Shown here piece after piece: positions 1 to 11,287 of a stretch of 64,000 bases of DNA. Positions within the stretch are counted from its first letter, which is position 1, and each line of letters begins with the position of its first letter. A program made the translations under genes and the position numbers. This DNA is from an uncultured Nitrososphaerota archaeon (lineage in GTDB: Archaea > Thermoproteota > EX4484-205 > JAAOZO01). The stretch lies in the NCBI GenBank assembly GCA_964408285.1, contig CAYOYV010000006.1:11274-75273 (forward strand), given 5' to 3'. The notes below the pieces were generated by a model, which had not been told where the DNA came from, did no database searches, and saw nothing but the letters and a program-made list of their open reading frames with translations.

Positions 1-2
1 TT

Positions 3-539
3 TCAGCTATGCGTGATTTTCATGTTTTCAACTATTTGCCTATATTTCTCGTGTATCATCTTCCTGTCGAATTCCCAAAATTCGTGAAGCATATCGTCCA
101 GTTCCTGCCTGCTGAAATATTCCATGCTTGGGTAGAAGAAGTGTTTGTCCTCTTTCTCTATATGCCTGGGGTAGAGCTCGATCAGTCTTTTCAAGCTTGT
201 TTCAATCTCATCTTTGGCCTGCGTGTTTCCTCGGACATATCTTTGCTTGGCGTCTGCGAGCTCACTCACTGTTTTCCTCCCATAGACATGCTCTTCTAGC
301 AATTCCTCCATCATCCTCTTGTGTTCGGGGGAGAGCTGCTTTGTGGCAAGATCTCGGAAGAGAATCTTCTCCTCCTTACCGTGATGGCATGTATCAGCGT
401 ACGTTCTGAAGAAATCGACGACTTTGTCTATAAGACTTGGATCGAAATGCTTTTCCATTCTGCCTAGCGTTTCTTTGAGCAGACCCACCACTTGTTCAAT
501 GAGCCTATGCTCGATCATCAAGGGACCAATCGGAATCAA
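3..539 (-). CDS. hemerythrin domain-containing protein
   Basis: EH...HHGKEE...EEH...HIEKED pattern of hemerythrin/HHE cation-binding domains. Confidence 0.85.
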   Translation of the reverse strand: MIPIGPLMIEHRLIEQVVGLLKETLGRMEKHFDPSLIDKVVDFFRTYADTCHHGKEEKILFRDLATKQLSPEHKRMMEELLEEHVYGRKTVSELADAKQRYVRGNTQAKDEIETSLKRLIELYPRHIEKEDKHFFYPSMEYFSRQELDDMLHEFWEFDRKMIHEKYRQIVENMKITHS

Positions 540-712
540 TTCGACACCCTCGGCAAGACCATGCCAAATCGTGATTCTGGAGGTATTTGAATGAATCGCG
601 CGCGCTTTGAGGCGCTTTCCATATGACTATCTTGTATCATGCCATGTCTTTACTGTCCGGCGGCGATAGCTCACGCGGTTATGCATAAATCAGGCACTCA
701 CGAGTCGTATCC

Positions 713-1774
713 ATGAGATCCAGCGAGAGGTTCGAATTAGTTCTGAAACATCGTGAACCCGATAGGGTGCCGATTCACGACAGCCCGTGGACGTCAACAG
801 TAGATAGGTGGCGATCTGAGGGTTTGCCTTCTGGAATTACACCTGCGGACTACTTCGGCTTCGAGATGGCCGTTTTTTCTGCAGACACATCTCCCCAGCT
901 ACCAGTGGCGATTCTTCAAGAGGACGAAACACATCTAGTCGAGAAAGATCCCTTCGGGGGAATCAGAAAGAATTATCGAGACTTCTCTTCTACTCCCATG
1001 GTTATTGATTTCCCCTGCAAGAATCGACAAGATTGGGAGGATCTGAAGCCAAGGCTGAAAGCCAGTGAGTACCGCGTCGATTGGGTCTCGGGTCTTCAGG
1101 CGTTTCACCGCGAAAGGAGTCGGGGGCGTTTCATAACCTACTCCGCGGGGGTAGGTCTCACTAAGATTCAGAACTATGTGGGCTTTGAACAGCTGCTTAG
1201 GAACATCATTATGGATCCTGAATGGGTGAAGGACATGTACCAAGCGGACGCGAAACTGACAATGGAAATGTGCGAATGCATGATGAGGGGAGGCTTTCAA
1301 TTCAATGGGGCTTTCATAGCCTGTGATCTTGGGTACAGAAAAGGCCCGCTTTTATCTCCCAAGCACTTCGAGGATCAGCTTCATCCGGTATTCAAGGAGC
1401 TGTTTCAATTTTTCCACAATAGAGGGTTACCAGTAATCCTACACTGTTGCGGTGGAGTCAAGGACTTGATCCCTTACTTCATTGAAGAGGGCATTGATTG
1501 CCTTCAGCCACTGGAGGTGAAGGCAGGTATGAATTTGATTGAGCTAAAAACGAAGTATGGAGACAGACTTTCGTTCATGGGAGGTATCGATGTTCGGCTA
1601 ATGTCTTTGGACGACCCTAGACCTTTAGAGAACGAGATCAAAGAGAAATTCGCAGTCGCAAAAGAAGGAGGCGGCTATATCTATCACTCTGATCACTCTA
1701 TCCCCAAGGACGTGAGTTTCCAGCAATACAAAAGAGTGATGGACCTGGTCAGACAATATGGAAAGTATGACTAG
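713..1774 (+). CDS. uroporphyrinogen decarboxylase (UroD/MtaA-like methyltransferase) family protein
   Basis: N-terminal REPDRVP, HCCG and GGYIYHSDHSIP motifs. Confidence 0.85.
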   Translation: MRSSERFELVLKHREPDRVPIHDSPWTSTVDRWRSEGLPSGITPADYFGFEMAVFSADTSPQLPVAILQEDETHLVEKDPFGGIRKNYRDFSSTPMVIDFPCKNRQDWEDLKPRLKASEYRVDWVSGLQAFHRERSRGRFITYSAGVGLTKIQNYVGFEQLLRNIIMDPEWVKDMYQADAKLTMEMCECMMRGGFQFNGAFIACDLGYRKGPLLSPKHFEDQLHPVFKELFQFFHNRGLPVILHCCGGVKDLIPYFIEEGIDCLQPLEVKAGMNLIELKTKYGDRLSFMGGIDVRLMSLDDPRPLENEIKEKFAVAKEGGGYIYHSDHSIPKDVSFQQYKRVMDLVRQYGKYD

Positions 1775-1972
1775 GAGGCCTTATTTCCGCGAAGTGCTCT
1801 CGCCTAGATCGAGATTGGCAAATCGACGGTGCAGCAATCCAGTTGAAAGCGATTGTCCATGCCATCAATAGGATGAGTTTTGACTTGAACCTCCAGATTT
1901 CCATGTTGCAGCGGTCCGAGTATCCATATTGGGCCGCTTAATCTTATATCCACACCAATTGCGGCTGTCCCC

Positions 1973-3370
1973 ATGTCCGTGAGCGATCTGCTGGAGTCGT
2001 GTGTCCAGAAGGGGCTGGCACTAGGTTCCAGCTTCTGTGAAGCGAGATTCTTCGAGGAAAGAGGGGCAAATATCTCTGTAGAAAATGGCATTGCGAGATC
2101 CTTGGGATCTGGGATAATCAGGGGGGTAGGAATAAGGGTCATACTAGGCGACAAATGGGGCTTTGCGTCCACTAATGTGATTAATCAAAATAGCATAGAA
2201 AGAGCACTCAATGACGCAATCGGGGGCTCGAAATCAATAGCTGGACAAGGTGGAGAAGAGGCGAAGATTGTTGAATCCAAGCCCATGATCGATACGGTCG
2301 TGCACAAGGTGAAGGTGGATCCAGAGGACGTGAGCCCTGAGGAGAAGGTCAAGAGGATACTTGAGATAGAGAAAGCCGCCAGAACCTATGACGAGCGCGT
2401 GAAGGATACCTCTGCAAGCTATAGGGATGTCCTGACGAGAGTAATGATATGTAACTCCTTTGGGACATCCATCGAGGAAACAACCCCTAGGACTCGAGTA
2501 TTCTGCAGAGCAATATCAAGGGAAGGTGAGAATCAGCAAATAGGGTTCGAGTTCGTCGGCAATGTTGCTGGTTACGAGCTCGTTGAGGGCATCAGAGAAG
2601 AGGAGTTCTCGAGAAGGGCAGCCGAGAAGGCTGTGAATTTGCTGAAGGCGCAATCTCCTCCTCGGGGTTCACTTCCGATAATAATGGACCAACAAGTGGG
2701 CGCTACCTTCGTCCACGAGGCATTCGGTCATAACAGTGAAGGGGATTTGGTGTTCGGTGGGCAATCGATAATCTCAGACAAGATGGGAAGGAAAGTCGCG
2801 AGCAGCTTGGTCACTATAATAGATGATCCGACTCAAGTCAAATATGGTCACTTCGTATATGACCATGAAGGGACAAGAGCTAGGCCGCACGTGATAGTGA
2901 AGGATGGAGTTCTAGTTGGATTCCTTCACTCATTAGAATCCGCCGCCAAGTTGGAAGGTGAGCCAGCCGGAAGTGCCCGTGCTCAATCGCATCAATATCC
3001 GCCCATCGTGAGAATGTCGAACACTTACTTCGCTCCAGGAGACAAGTCAATTGAGGAGATGATGGAGGGCATACAACTAGGTGTTTATCTCTCAGGTTCT
3101 GACTATGGATATGTGGAAACGCAGAAGGGCCAGTTCACATGCCATGCCGAACAAGGTTGGCTAATAGAGAAAGGCAAGCTCACTGAGCATCTCAGGGATG
3201 TTGCCGTCAATGGTATCACGTTAGATGCTCTAAACAATGTGACTGCCGTAGGCAAGGACTTCAAGATGGAAGCGCCTGGAACGTGCGGCAAGATGGACCA
3301 AGGAATGTATGTCGACGGAGGGTCCCCTCCCATCAAGATCGAAGGGGTAGTTGTAGGAGGCCGGAGGTGA
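1973..3370 (+). CDS. tldD: TldD family metalloprotease
   Basis: HEAFGH zinc motif, RMSNTY and GTCGK.DQ motifs. Confidence 0.9.
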   Translation: MSVSDLLESCVQKGLALGSSFCEARFFEERGANISVENGIARSLGSGIIRGVGIRVILGDKWGFASTNVINQNSIERALNDAIGGSKSIAGQGGEEAKIVESKPMIDTVVHKVKVDPEDVSPEEKVKRILEIEKAARTYDERVKDTSASYRDVLTRVMICNSFGTSIEETTPRTRVFCRAISREGENQQIGFEFVGNVAGYELVEGIREEEFSRRAAEKAVNLLKAQSPPRGSLPIIMDQQVGATFVHEAFGHNSEGDLVFGGQSIISDKMGRKVASSLVTIIDDPTQVKYGHFVYDHEGTRARPHVIVKDGVLVGFLHSLESAAKLEGEPAGSARAQSHQYPPIVRMSNTYFAPGDKSIEEMMEGIQLGVYLSGSDYGYVETQKGQFTCHAEQGWLIEKGKLTEHLRDVAVNGITLDALNNVTAVGKDFKMEAPGTCGKMDQGMYVDGGSPPIKIEGVVVGGRR

Positions 3371-3376
3371 GAAAAA

Positions 3377-4723
3377 GTGGCAGGAACCATTGATCTGATC
3401 GCACCTGCTGAGAAGGCGATGAGGCTACTCTCCACAGCTGGTCTGGATTTCTATGACGTCTTCTCAGCGTACTCACGCACAATGACCGTGACTCTGCTCG
3501 GCAAGGGAATAAACGAAGCTAGGTCAAGCATTGACTTGGGCTTGGGAGTGAGAGCCTACAAGAATAAAGGATTGGGGATTGCCTCGTCTCAAAGCCTTGA
3601 TCCAAGTGACATCGAGACAACAGTCAACAAGGCAGTCAGTTTCGTAAACGTAGCCCAGCCGGATCCGTACTTTAAGCGAATTCCCGGCCCAACTAGGGCA
3701 AATCCGGTTCCGGGGCTCCAGGATAAGGCGATAATCTCGTTGACAATGGAAGAAGCTGCCGGAATGTCTAAGAGAATGATAGACGCTGCAGAGGCGACTC
3801 ATTCTGGTGCAATGTATGAGGGGGGAATGAACGTAGCAAATTCAATGGGCTTTCTGATGACCTCGACGGGAGTATCAGTTGAAGCCCAGAAAACATATGT
3901 CTCAGCATATCTGGTGCCAACATACAGGAACGGAGACGACGTCGGCAGTTCCTATGAGTATGACTATGCAATATCCCTTGCAGAAATAGATTTTGAAAGA
4001 ATTGGAAAGAGGGCATCCGAAAAAGCAATGGCGCAATTCGGCTCAAAAGGAGTCGAAAGCACAGTGCTTCCGCTTGTTGTTGCTCCCGATGCTGTAAGCA
4101 GCCTATGCTTCGGTCTTCTGGCAGCGGTATCGGGTGAGCCGGTGGTCAAGGGAAGAACGTTTGCCTCAAAGTCCTTGGGACAGCAAGTCGCTCCGGAAAT
4201 AGTTCAGATACAGGATGATGGAACGATATCGGGCGGAATCGGAAGCAACACATATGATGGAGAGGGGGTTCCCAGGAGGCCTACGAAGGTACTGGACAAA
4301 GGCACGGTGTTGACCTTTCTACATAACTCCTACTCGGCAGGGATTGCCGGGGTTGAAACTACCGGGCACGCCCAAAGAGCGGGCTATGGAGGCTATGTGG
4401 GCGCAGGTCCCTCAAATGTGCAGTTCAAACCGGGGAACAGCTCTCAGGATGAAATGATCGCAGAAACAAGCAGGGGAATTCTGGTCAATGTCGCGGGCTT
4501 CAACACGAACATGGTTTCGGGGGAACTCTCATCAACCATAGACGAGGGTTTCCTAATCGAGAAAGGAGAGAAAAAACACCCAGTCAAGAACCTGATGATT
4601 GGCGGCCGGTTACTGGAGCTGTACAAGAACATCGAATTGGTATCGAAAGAGGGTCGCACGATAGGAAAGGGATACTTCTTCCCAGCAGTAAAGATTAGCG
4701 AGGCAAAACTGGCCGGAAAGTGA
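3377..4723 (+). CDS. pmbA: PmbA/TldE family protein
   Basis: YDGEG and TTGHA motifs, no HExxH, directly after tldD. Confidence 0.85.
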   Translation: MAGTIDLIAPAEKAMRLLSTAGLDFYDVFSAYSRTMTVTLLGKGINEARSSIDLGLGVRAYKNKGLGIASSQSLDPSDIETTVNKAVSFVNVAQPDPYFKRIPGPTRANPVPGLQDKAIISLTMEEAAGMSKRMIDAAEATHSGAMYEGGMNVANSMGFLMTSTGVSVEAQKTYVSAYLVPTYRNGDDVGSSYEYDYAISLAEIDFERIGKRASEKAMAQFGSKGVESTVLPLVVAPDAVSSLCFGLLAAVSGEPVVKGRTFASKSLGQQVAPEIVQIQDDGTISGGIGSNTYDGEGVPRRPTKVLDKGTVLTFLHNSYSAGIAGVETTGHAQRAGYGGYVGAGPSNVQFKPGNSSQDEMIAETSRGILVNVAGFNTNMVSGELSSTIDEGFLIEKGEKKHPVKNLMIGGRLLELYKNIELVSKEGRTIGKGYFFPAVKISEAKLAGK

Positions 4724-4910
4724 TGATCTGAGGGTCTCGGGAGGGACTTCCAGAATGGGGCCGTTCCTTTATCGTACATATAGCAGATAACTGGAGCGGA
4801 AGATTCAGTATTTCGTAAGTCAGGTGTTTACATACAAATATTTTATACGATAAGATGTCTTCATGTATATCGATTATGGGGAGGAGGGCTCGCGTAGGAA
4901 GGTGGAGGCC

Positions 4911-5123
4911 ATGAAGGCTGACTGGAGTTTCAGTTCCTGTGCCCTTTGCTTGGCAGTGTTATTTTTACTGATGGGCTGGTCCATTGTGGACCCGGTTCTT
5001 CTACTCGAACAGAGGGTTGCTCTCTTTGGAGTCGCTCTCTCGTGCGTGATTGGCTTGGGCTTATCGACCGGAAAGAATGGACGGGAACTTAACAAGACTC
5101 AGCAGAGAATCAAACAGGATTGA
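4911..5123 (+). CDS. small putative two-helix membrane protein
   Basis: GGTGGAGG RBS before ATG 4911; two hydrophobic stretches. Confidence 0.4.
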   Translation: MKADWSFSSCALCLAVLFLLMGWSIVDPVLLLEQRVALFGVALSCVIGLGLSTGKNGRELNKTQQRIKQD

Positions 5124-5259
5124 CATTATGCATTAATCACGCCCCATACTTGACCCGCTCCATGTCTCTATCCTGCTGATTGGGCGGTTCCTCTTGTTGA
5201 GCTTTCTGAAAAAACCTATATCGCTACCACCGGCTGCGGAGAGAAAGAGCTGGCCTCGC

Positions 5260-6159
5260 ATGATTGAGAGCGTGATCAGAATGCAAGGGTTGACGAAGTT
5301 CTATGGAAAGCAGAGAGGAGTCATTGATCTTGACATGGAGGTTCAGAAAGGAGAGGTTTTTGGTTACCTGGGGCCGAACGGAGCCGGCAAGACTACGACC
5401 ATTAGGTTGCTATTGGATCTAATTCGACCGACAAGAGGGAAAGCGACGATCTTCGGATTGGATGTGAACGAACAAGGATTGGAAATCAGGAAACGCGTGG
5501 GTTACATTCCAGGGGAGTTGGCGATGTATGAAAACATGAGGGGTAGGGACCTCCTGACATATTTCGCTCACTTGCGGGACGGAGTCGATTGGGAGTTCGT
5601 TGAGGGAATGGCCAAAAGACTTGACTGCAATCTCTCTCAGCCTATCCGCTCACTCTCCCACGGTAACAAGCAGAAGATCGCGGTAATTCAAGCCTTCATG
5701 CACAGGCCAGAGCTACTGATCCTTGACGAGCCGACGACCGGCTTGGACCCCTTCATGCAGAGGGAGTTCTACAGTTTGATTGCAGAGGCAAAGGAAGATG
5801 GGAGGACCGTCTTCATCTCCTCACATATATTGCCGGAGGTAGAACGCATGTGCGACCGAGTTGGCATATTGCGTGCGGGAAAGCTGGTGACGGTGGAGGG
5901 TGTGAAGGCTTTGAAGGAACGAGCCTTGAGGCACTTGGAGATTCACTTCGCGGAGCAAGTTCCAAAAGACGCTTTCACAGGGATAACCGGCATCCGCGAT
6001 ATCACGGTTGAAAATGGTGTAATGCACTGCACTGTAGTGGGATCTTTGGACGCTGTGATAAAGGCTGCCTCAAGATTTCGAGTGGAAAACGTCATAACTC
6101 AAGAGCCAAGCTTGGAGGAGATATTCGTGTCATACTATGGGGAAGGTGACCGAACATGA
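5260..6159 (+). CDS. ABC transporter ATP-binding protein
   Basis: Walker A GPNGAGKTT, LSHG signature, ILDEPT Walker B; ATG 5260 is the likely start. Confidence 0.92.
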   Translation: MIESVIRMQGLTKFYGKQRGVIDLDMEVQKGEVFGYLGPNGAGKTTTIRLLLDLIRPTRGKATIFGLDVNEQGLEIRKRVGYIPGELAMYENMRGRDLLTYFAHLRDGVDWEFVEGMAKRLDCNLSQPIRSLSHGNKQKIAVIQAFMHRPELLILDEPTTGLDPFMQREFYSLIAEAKEDGRTVFISSHILPEVERMCDRVGILRAGKLVTVEGVKALKERALRHLEIHFAEQVPKDAFTGITGIRDITVENGVMHCTVVGSLDAVIKAASRFRVENVITQEPSLEEIFVSYYGEGDRT

Positions 6160-6977
6160 TGTTTGATAACATCTTCCTGAAGACATTAAGGGATAAGCGG
6201 CGCGCCCTAATCGGGTGGGCACTTGTCATGACAGGGATGTCACTGATCTACCTCGCGTATTGGCCCTACATACGTGACAATCCGTTCATGGGGGAAATGA
6301 TGATCTCTTACCTGCAATCGTTCCCCCCAGGGCTAATCGAGGCCTTCATGGGTGGTACTCTGGGAGAGTTCACCACGAAGGCCGAGGCCTTCCTCAACTC
6401 TGAACTATTCTTCATGTTCGTTCCACTCTCTTTCATGATATTCACGGCCTCATTCGGTAGTGATTCAATAGCTGGAGAAGAGGATCGTGGGACGCTTGAC
6501 CTCCTTCTGTCGAATCCGATGCCGAGAAGTAGAGTAGTGCTGGAGAATTTCGGCGCACTGGCAGCGTCTACTTTCCTGCTCGGTGTCGTCTTGGCAATAG
6601 AGCTGACAATAGCATCAGCGGCCACCAGCACGAACCTCAACCTTATTCGACTTGGGGAGATCACACTAAGCCTAATTCTGCTGAGCCTCGTATTCGGTTC
6701 AGCAGCCTTGGCTTTTGGTTGCATCGGACTCGGGCCGGGCATGAGCACCGGTGCAGCAGTGACCTTGGGGGTCGCATCTTACTTTCTCAATTCCCTTGGC
6801 GCTGTTATCAAGGAGCTTGAGCCCTATCGCAAACTCTCACCATTTTATTACTACATCCGCGCCGATCCGTTGATCAATGGACTGAATTTAGGAGATGCAG
6901 CAGTACTAGCTGTGATTGCCCTAGTCTTGTTGGTTCTAGCAATAGTCACATTCCAGCGGCGCGACGTCTCAGTATAA
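6156..6977 (+). CDS. ABC-2 type transporter permease
   Basis: Multi-TM protein with IAGEEDRGTLDLLLSNP motif; overlaps the ATPase stop. Confidence 0.9.
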   Translation: MMFDNIFLKTLRDKRRALIGWALVMTGMSLIYLAYWPYIRDNPFMGEMMISYLQSFPPGLIEAFMGGTLGEFTTKAEAFLNSELFFMFVPLSFMIFTASFGSDSIAGEEDRGTLDLLLSNPMPRSRVVLENFGALAASTFLLGVVLAIELTIASAATSTNLNLIRLGEITLSLILLSLVFGSAALAFGCIGLGPGMSTGAAVTLGVASYFLNSLGAVIKELEPYRKLSPFYYYIRADPLINGLNLGDAAVLAVIALVLLVLAIVTFQRRDVSV

Positions 6978-6987
6978 GAAACCGGCC

Positions 6988-8721
6988 TTATGCTCGAGTG
7001 GTTGGTTCCTTCTTCATCATGCTGTACCAATCGACAGTGGACGTGTCAATTGAAACCGGTGCAGGTTGGACGGTGAAAGCACGTTCGAGAAGATATCCTC
7101 TATCATATAGAGTTCCTGGTCCATCGCCGCTGTAATAGAGCCTTACGTTTCGCTTTATCAAATCGGAGTAGCCAATTGTGGGATTCTTGGCATCTGGTAC
7201 AGCCTTGACGACGGTGTCTCCCCTCCACAGTACACTGTACCCGTAGGACTGGTAACCCGGATTTCCAATGCTTACGGTTTCTTGGATCATCGGCAAAGGG
7301 TAGATCATCTCAATGTCAGTGCCGGCCTTAACCCCTTTCAGAGTGGCGTACACTCCTTGGTGAGTAAAATCACTATTGATTCCATTCACTTTCATTTTGA
7401 TTTCAGAAGGGCCGACAAAACTAGGAATCCTAATGTGGGCATCACAGCCTCGCTCAATCCTCAAGACAGTTCGCCCCTCATATGGCTGGCAGCCAATGAT
7501 AGATACCCCCGGAATCAGCTTGTCTATGTGAAGATTCACGAATAAATCATCATCAAGGAAGTAAGCTATATTTCTCCAGACTTGAAAGATTGCCCGAAGG
7601 CCTGACCCTGCGCAGCAATTCTGCAAGGCGCGAATCTTACCCAAGTAATAGGGGTGCTGTTTCTCATCTTTACACCAAGACGGCCACAATTCATCCTCAT
7701 AAGCAAGGTAATGATCCGGGGAACTCCAACCGGCAAAGGCCCCTATGACCTTCTTGCCGACATCTCGGTATAGAGTCCTGTCAGTATCTTCGATCTGGGG
7801 CTCATTGCTCAACCAGGAAGCACTTTTTATCTGGCTTTCTACCAAATGATTTCTCGTAGTCTTTTCAACTATATCCCAATATTGGGGATAGCCATACCTC
7901 GCAAGCAGAATCGCCACATCCAGGTAATCCATTATCGCACATGTCTCGCAACCCACAATGTCCGATGGCCTCTTGATCAATTCAGGGACGAATCCGAAGC
8001 TTGTGCTCATTGAGCGGCAGAAATCGAAGGATTTCCTCACTTCATGGATGAGGTCAGTGTCTCCCGTAACTATCCCGTAACTGAGAAGGCCTGCCAACAG
8101 GGCAAGATGAGCATGGTTATGGCCACTATAGCTACCGTCTGGGGATAATTCCTTCGAACGATGTATCGCATCATCTGTAACCTCTTTTGCCATGTCCAAG
8201 GCAGGCGCATAACGGATTGTCATCCAGCTTTGCACGATTGGTCTCAAGAGGAAGTACCTATCCTCCTTCTTGATTGAGGGGCTGCTTATTGCATCTACTA
8301 ACCCTCTGATGCTATTTGAGACCTCTGGTTCAGGGTTGTCCATGTACATCGTGTTTAGCGCCTTTAATACCAAGGCTTGTTCCATCACATTCACTTCCGG
8401 CCTAGAGTATGGCGTTTCTGGCCTATGTGCGAACCCATCTGAACGGAATGTCGAAAAGAGTCTTCTCCTAAGAACGTCCTCCGTGGCGACTTTGATTCCT
8501 AGCATCTGCCTGATCATGACGGACGCTTCGAGATATCTTGAAGGTAGATCCACGAAATCTGGCCAGTCGTGTACGGCTTCTGCGGGCTTGGTCATGAAGA
8601 CATCGAAGTACGGCTGTCCAGTTGAATCAACAAGATTCTCGAGATGATTTATCCCAAGACTCATGGATTCTTCAAGATTGAATGTCGTGTGAGCCGTGTT
8701 GCCGGATTTCTGCACCATCAT
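6988..8721 (-). CDS. GH127-like (beta-L-arabinofuranosidase-like) protein
   Basis: CETC and NCC cysteine motifs resembling GH127/HypBA1; 577 aa. Confidence 0.6.
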   Translation of the reverse strand: MMVQKSGNTAHTTFNLEESMSLGINHLENLVDSTGQPYFDVFMTKPAEAVHDWPDFVDLPSRYLEASVMIRQMLGIKVATEDVLRRRLFSTFRSDGFAHRPETPYSRPEVNVMEQALVLKALNTMYMDNPEPEVSNSIRGLVDAISSPSIKKEDRYFLLRPIVQSWMTIRYAPALDMAKEVTDDAIHRSKELSPDGSYSGHNHAHLALLAGLLSYGIVTGDTDLIHEVRKSFDFCRSMSTSFGFVPELIKRPSDIVGCETCAIMDYLDVAILLARYGYPQYWDIVEKTTRNHLVESQIKSASWLSNEPQIEDTDRTLYRDVGKKVIGAFAGWSSPDHYLAYEDELWPSWCKDEKQHPYYLGKIRALQNCCAGSGLRAIFQVWRNIAYFLDDDLFVNLHIDKLIPGVSIIGCQPYEGRTVLRIERGCDAHIRIPSFVGPSEIKMKVNGINSDFTHQGVYATLKGVKAGTDIEMIYPLPMIQETVSIGNPGYQSYGYSVLWRGDTVVKAVPDAKNPTIGYSDLIKRNVRLYYSGDGPGTLYDRGYLLERAFTVQPAPVSIDTSTVDWYSMMKKEPTTRA

Positions 8722-8831
8722 TTACGAAGGCAGGGGTTGTGTCTTAAGCATTTGGGCTGGAAAATCCGTGCTCGAACCTAACAGCGTTCATCGAATGGCT
8801 AAATGCTTGTCCGAAATGGGGGCAGGCGCCT

Positions 8832-9590
8832 CTATTGTTCTTTCAGTATGTGAGCGATATATGGTGATCCTCCAGAATCGAAGAGTTCTTTCACCCTCCA
8901 ACCGGTTCCCCTAAGAATTTCCTTCATTTCATCTCTTGACACGAGTAGATAATCGAACCAGTCCCCAACGTATTTCCCAAACCTGACCCTTATCCTCAAT
9001 TGCCCTGCCATTCTGCCCCTCTGCAGATTGAATTTGTGGTATTCTAGGTGAGACGGATTATCCGTCTTGTATGGGTCGTTGCTCTCTGCAATTATCATCC
9101 CGCTGGAGGAGGTTATTCTGTGGAATTCCTTCAATAGGGATTTCGCCCCATTGAAACTACCCAGAAGCCCGAAGTTATTGCCCATCATGATTATGGTGTC
9201 AAAGGAGCTTTCCTCGAATCTTCCAACGTCGACTATTGAAATGTTCTCTGCCTTTCTGAGGCCCCTGAGCTTGCAGACTCTTATTGCAAGAGGGGAGATG
9301 TCGATCCCTGTCACGTCCAATCCATTCTTCTGAAGATGGAGTGAATGCCTTCCCGCCCCGCACCCAATGTCGAGAACTCTGCCCTTTGCAAGGTCAATCG
9401 CTCTCTTCTCATGGTCCGGCCAATCATCGTACTCAGAGAAATACGGCTTGGGTCCACCTGAGACATCGAAGTAGCCATCATCTCTCTCAATGATTTCAAA
9501 GCTGTCCCTTCCGTTGAAATGTGCCAGAATTTCTTGACCGTATGCATCATTGATTGGATCCATGGGCGTTGAGAGCCGATGAGACAGCAA
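8832..9590 (-). CDS. class I SAM-dependent methyltransferase
   Basis: VLDIGCGAG motif I. Confidence 0.9.
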   Translation of the reverse strand: MLSHRLSTPMDPINDAYGQEILAHFNGRDSFEIIERDDGYFDVSGGPKPYFSEYDDWPDHEKRAIDLAKGRVLDIGCGAGRHSLHLQKNGLDVTGIDISPLAIRVCKLRGLRKAENISIVDVGRFEESSFDTIIMMGNNFGLLGSFNGAKSLLKEFHRITSSSGMIIAESNDPYKTDNPSHLEYHKFNLQRGRMAGQLRIRVRFGKYVGDWFDYLLVSRDEMKEILRGTGWRVKELFDSGGSPYIAHILKEQ

Positions 9591-9819
9591 TTATAAGCTA
9601 TCGCTTTCTTGGTCGGATTTCTGGGCGTTTCGATTAATCCCAAAAGAACTAGGCAGAGGCCGCAAAAGCAAACGCATGGCTTACAAGAATCCTCATGAGA
9701 GGGGCAAGCGTTGGCCTGTAGCTCGGGATCTCATGAACGCAAGTTGAAAATGGATTTGACCCTGTTGCTTTCGGAACACGAATCTAGAATCTCAAAGACC
9801 AATTCTTAGACATAGTCTC

Positions 9820-11094
9820 TCACCCGATAGGATAATTGTCATGCTCATGGAGTGCTTCGTAGATTGCAAGGATGTTCTGGACCGGCACTTCCGGCTGAAT
9901 GTTGTGGATGGCGCTGAAAACGAAACCGCCACCCGTACCAAGCACCCTTATCCTTTCGCGGACCTCCTTCCGTATCTGCTCTGGTGTGCCGAACGGCAGT
10001 GTGCTCTGGGTATCCACGCCTCCTCCCCAGAACGTCAATTTGTGCCCGTACTTCTCCTTCAGTTTCCTCAAATCCATGTTGACAGCTGAAGTCTGAATCG
10101 GGTTGATGATGTCAAATCGTGCCTCAATGAACTCTCTGATCAGGGGTTCAATAGAGCCGCAGGAATGTATGAACGTTTTCCATGGCGCATGCTCATGGAT
10201 CCAATCATTGACCGCTTTGTGAAATGGAAGATAGAATTTCCGATACATAGAGTTTGACATGATTGACCCTCTTTGCATTCCAAAATCTGTTCCAGTCACA
10301 AATACAGCAGCTATTCTGTCTCCGACAACTTCGTGGATTCTAGCGAGATTGGCGATAGCCAACTCAGACTGTTTCTGAAATACTCGATACACGTAGTCTG
10401 GTCGAGTTATATGGCTGGCATACCACTCCTTGGGGTCCCTGATGCCCCGGGGATATTTCAGACGCATGCCTCGAATTAACGCGATGTCTCCGAAGCTCGA
10501 TCCTCCGAAATGGGCAAGTATCGCGTTGTCGGTCTCATTGAAAAGCCGCTCAGTCTCATACCGATAGTGCTTCAAATCATCTTCAGATACCATTCCGTAC
10601 TCTTCGAGGTTGTCCTGAGGATTCATGTTGCTGTCCTTCAATGGCTGTTCGCGTGCTATGGCATCGAAGTAGAATCCGCCCTTCGGCATCATCGCGCTGG
10701 GCGGCACTGTGCTGTCGCCTTCTGGGTACATGAGAATGTCTCCTCTTTCGTTTGGCCTGGTGTTGAATCCCCCGGGGACTAGCACGGGAGTTCCGTCGAA
10801 TAGCCTCCAAGGTTTCCAATTCTCGAACCTAAAGCCGAAATTGGTCGTAGGTGCGGCTAGTCGAACAACATCAACACGAAGGACCTTCCTCAGATCAGGT
10901 CCTATTTCTCCCAACATCTGAAACGGTTCCATCACCTTGACTGGAGTGCCGGGAGGGTCAAGGTTCAAGGCCTGTCGGAGGGCATAAACCCTGCTGACAT
11001 GCATACCTGTCACACTACTACCACCGAGGTCAAGCGGAACGCGATCCGGCTCTCGATGTTCTAATGCGAGAGTCACGCGCTCTCTAGATCTCAC
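9820..11094 (-). CDS. uroporphyrinogen decarboxylase family methyltransferase
   Basis: EPDRVPLDLG, HSCG, WGGGVDTQ and HNIQ motifs. Confidence 0.85.
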   Translation of the reverse strand: MRSRERVTLALEHREPDRVPLDLGGSSVTGMHVSRVYALRQALNLDPPGTPVKVMEPFQMLGEIGPDLRKVLRVDVVRLAAPTTNFGFRFENWKPWRLFDGTPVLVPGGFNTRPNERGDILMYPEGDSTVPPSAMMPKGGFYFDAIAREQPLKDSNMNPQDNLEEYGMVSEDDLKHYRYETERLFNETDNAILAHFGGSSFGDIALIRGMRLKYPRGIRDPKEWYASHITRPDYVYRVFQKQSELAIANLARIHEVVGDRIAAVFVTGTDFGMQRGSIMSNSMYRKFYLPFHKAVNDWIHEHAPWKTFIHSCGSIEPLIREFIEARFDIINPIQTSAVNMDLRKLKEKYGHKLTFWGGGVDTQSTLPFGTPEQIRKEVRERIRVLGTGGGFVFSAIHNIQPEVPVQNILAIYEALHEHDNYPIG

Positions 11095-11287
11095 TCAGAA
11101 TCCCCCAGATGTTCTCGTCATGGTGGCATATAGGTCATATCCTTGGAAAGAGCGGTCATCATGGGTGGAGCAATAATTGTAGTCGAAAATGGATGTGTCG
11201 TTGAGGTCGACAAAGGGCACCCCTTTGAAACTTCTCAAGGCAACGAAGATAATTCCGCTGTCGAGTCGCCATCGGAGAGAAAGTTCC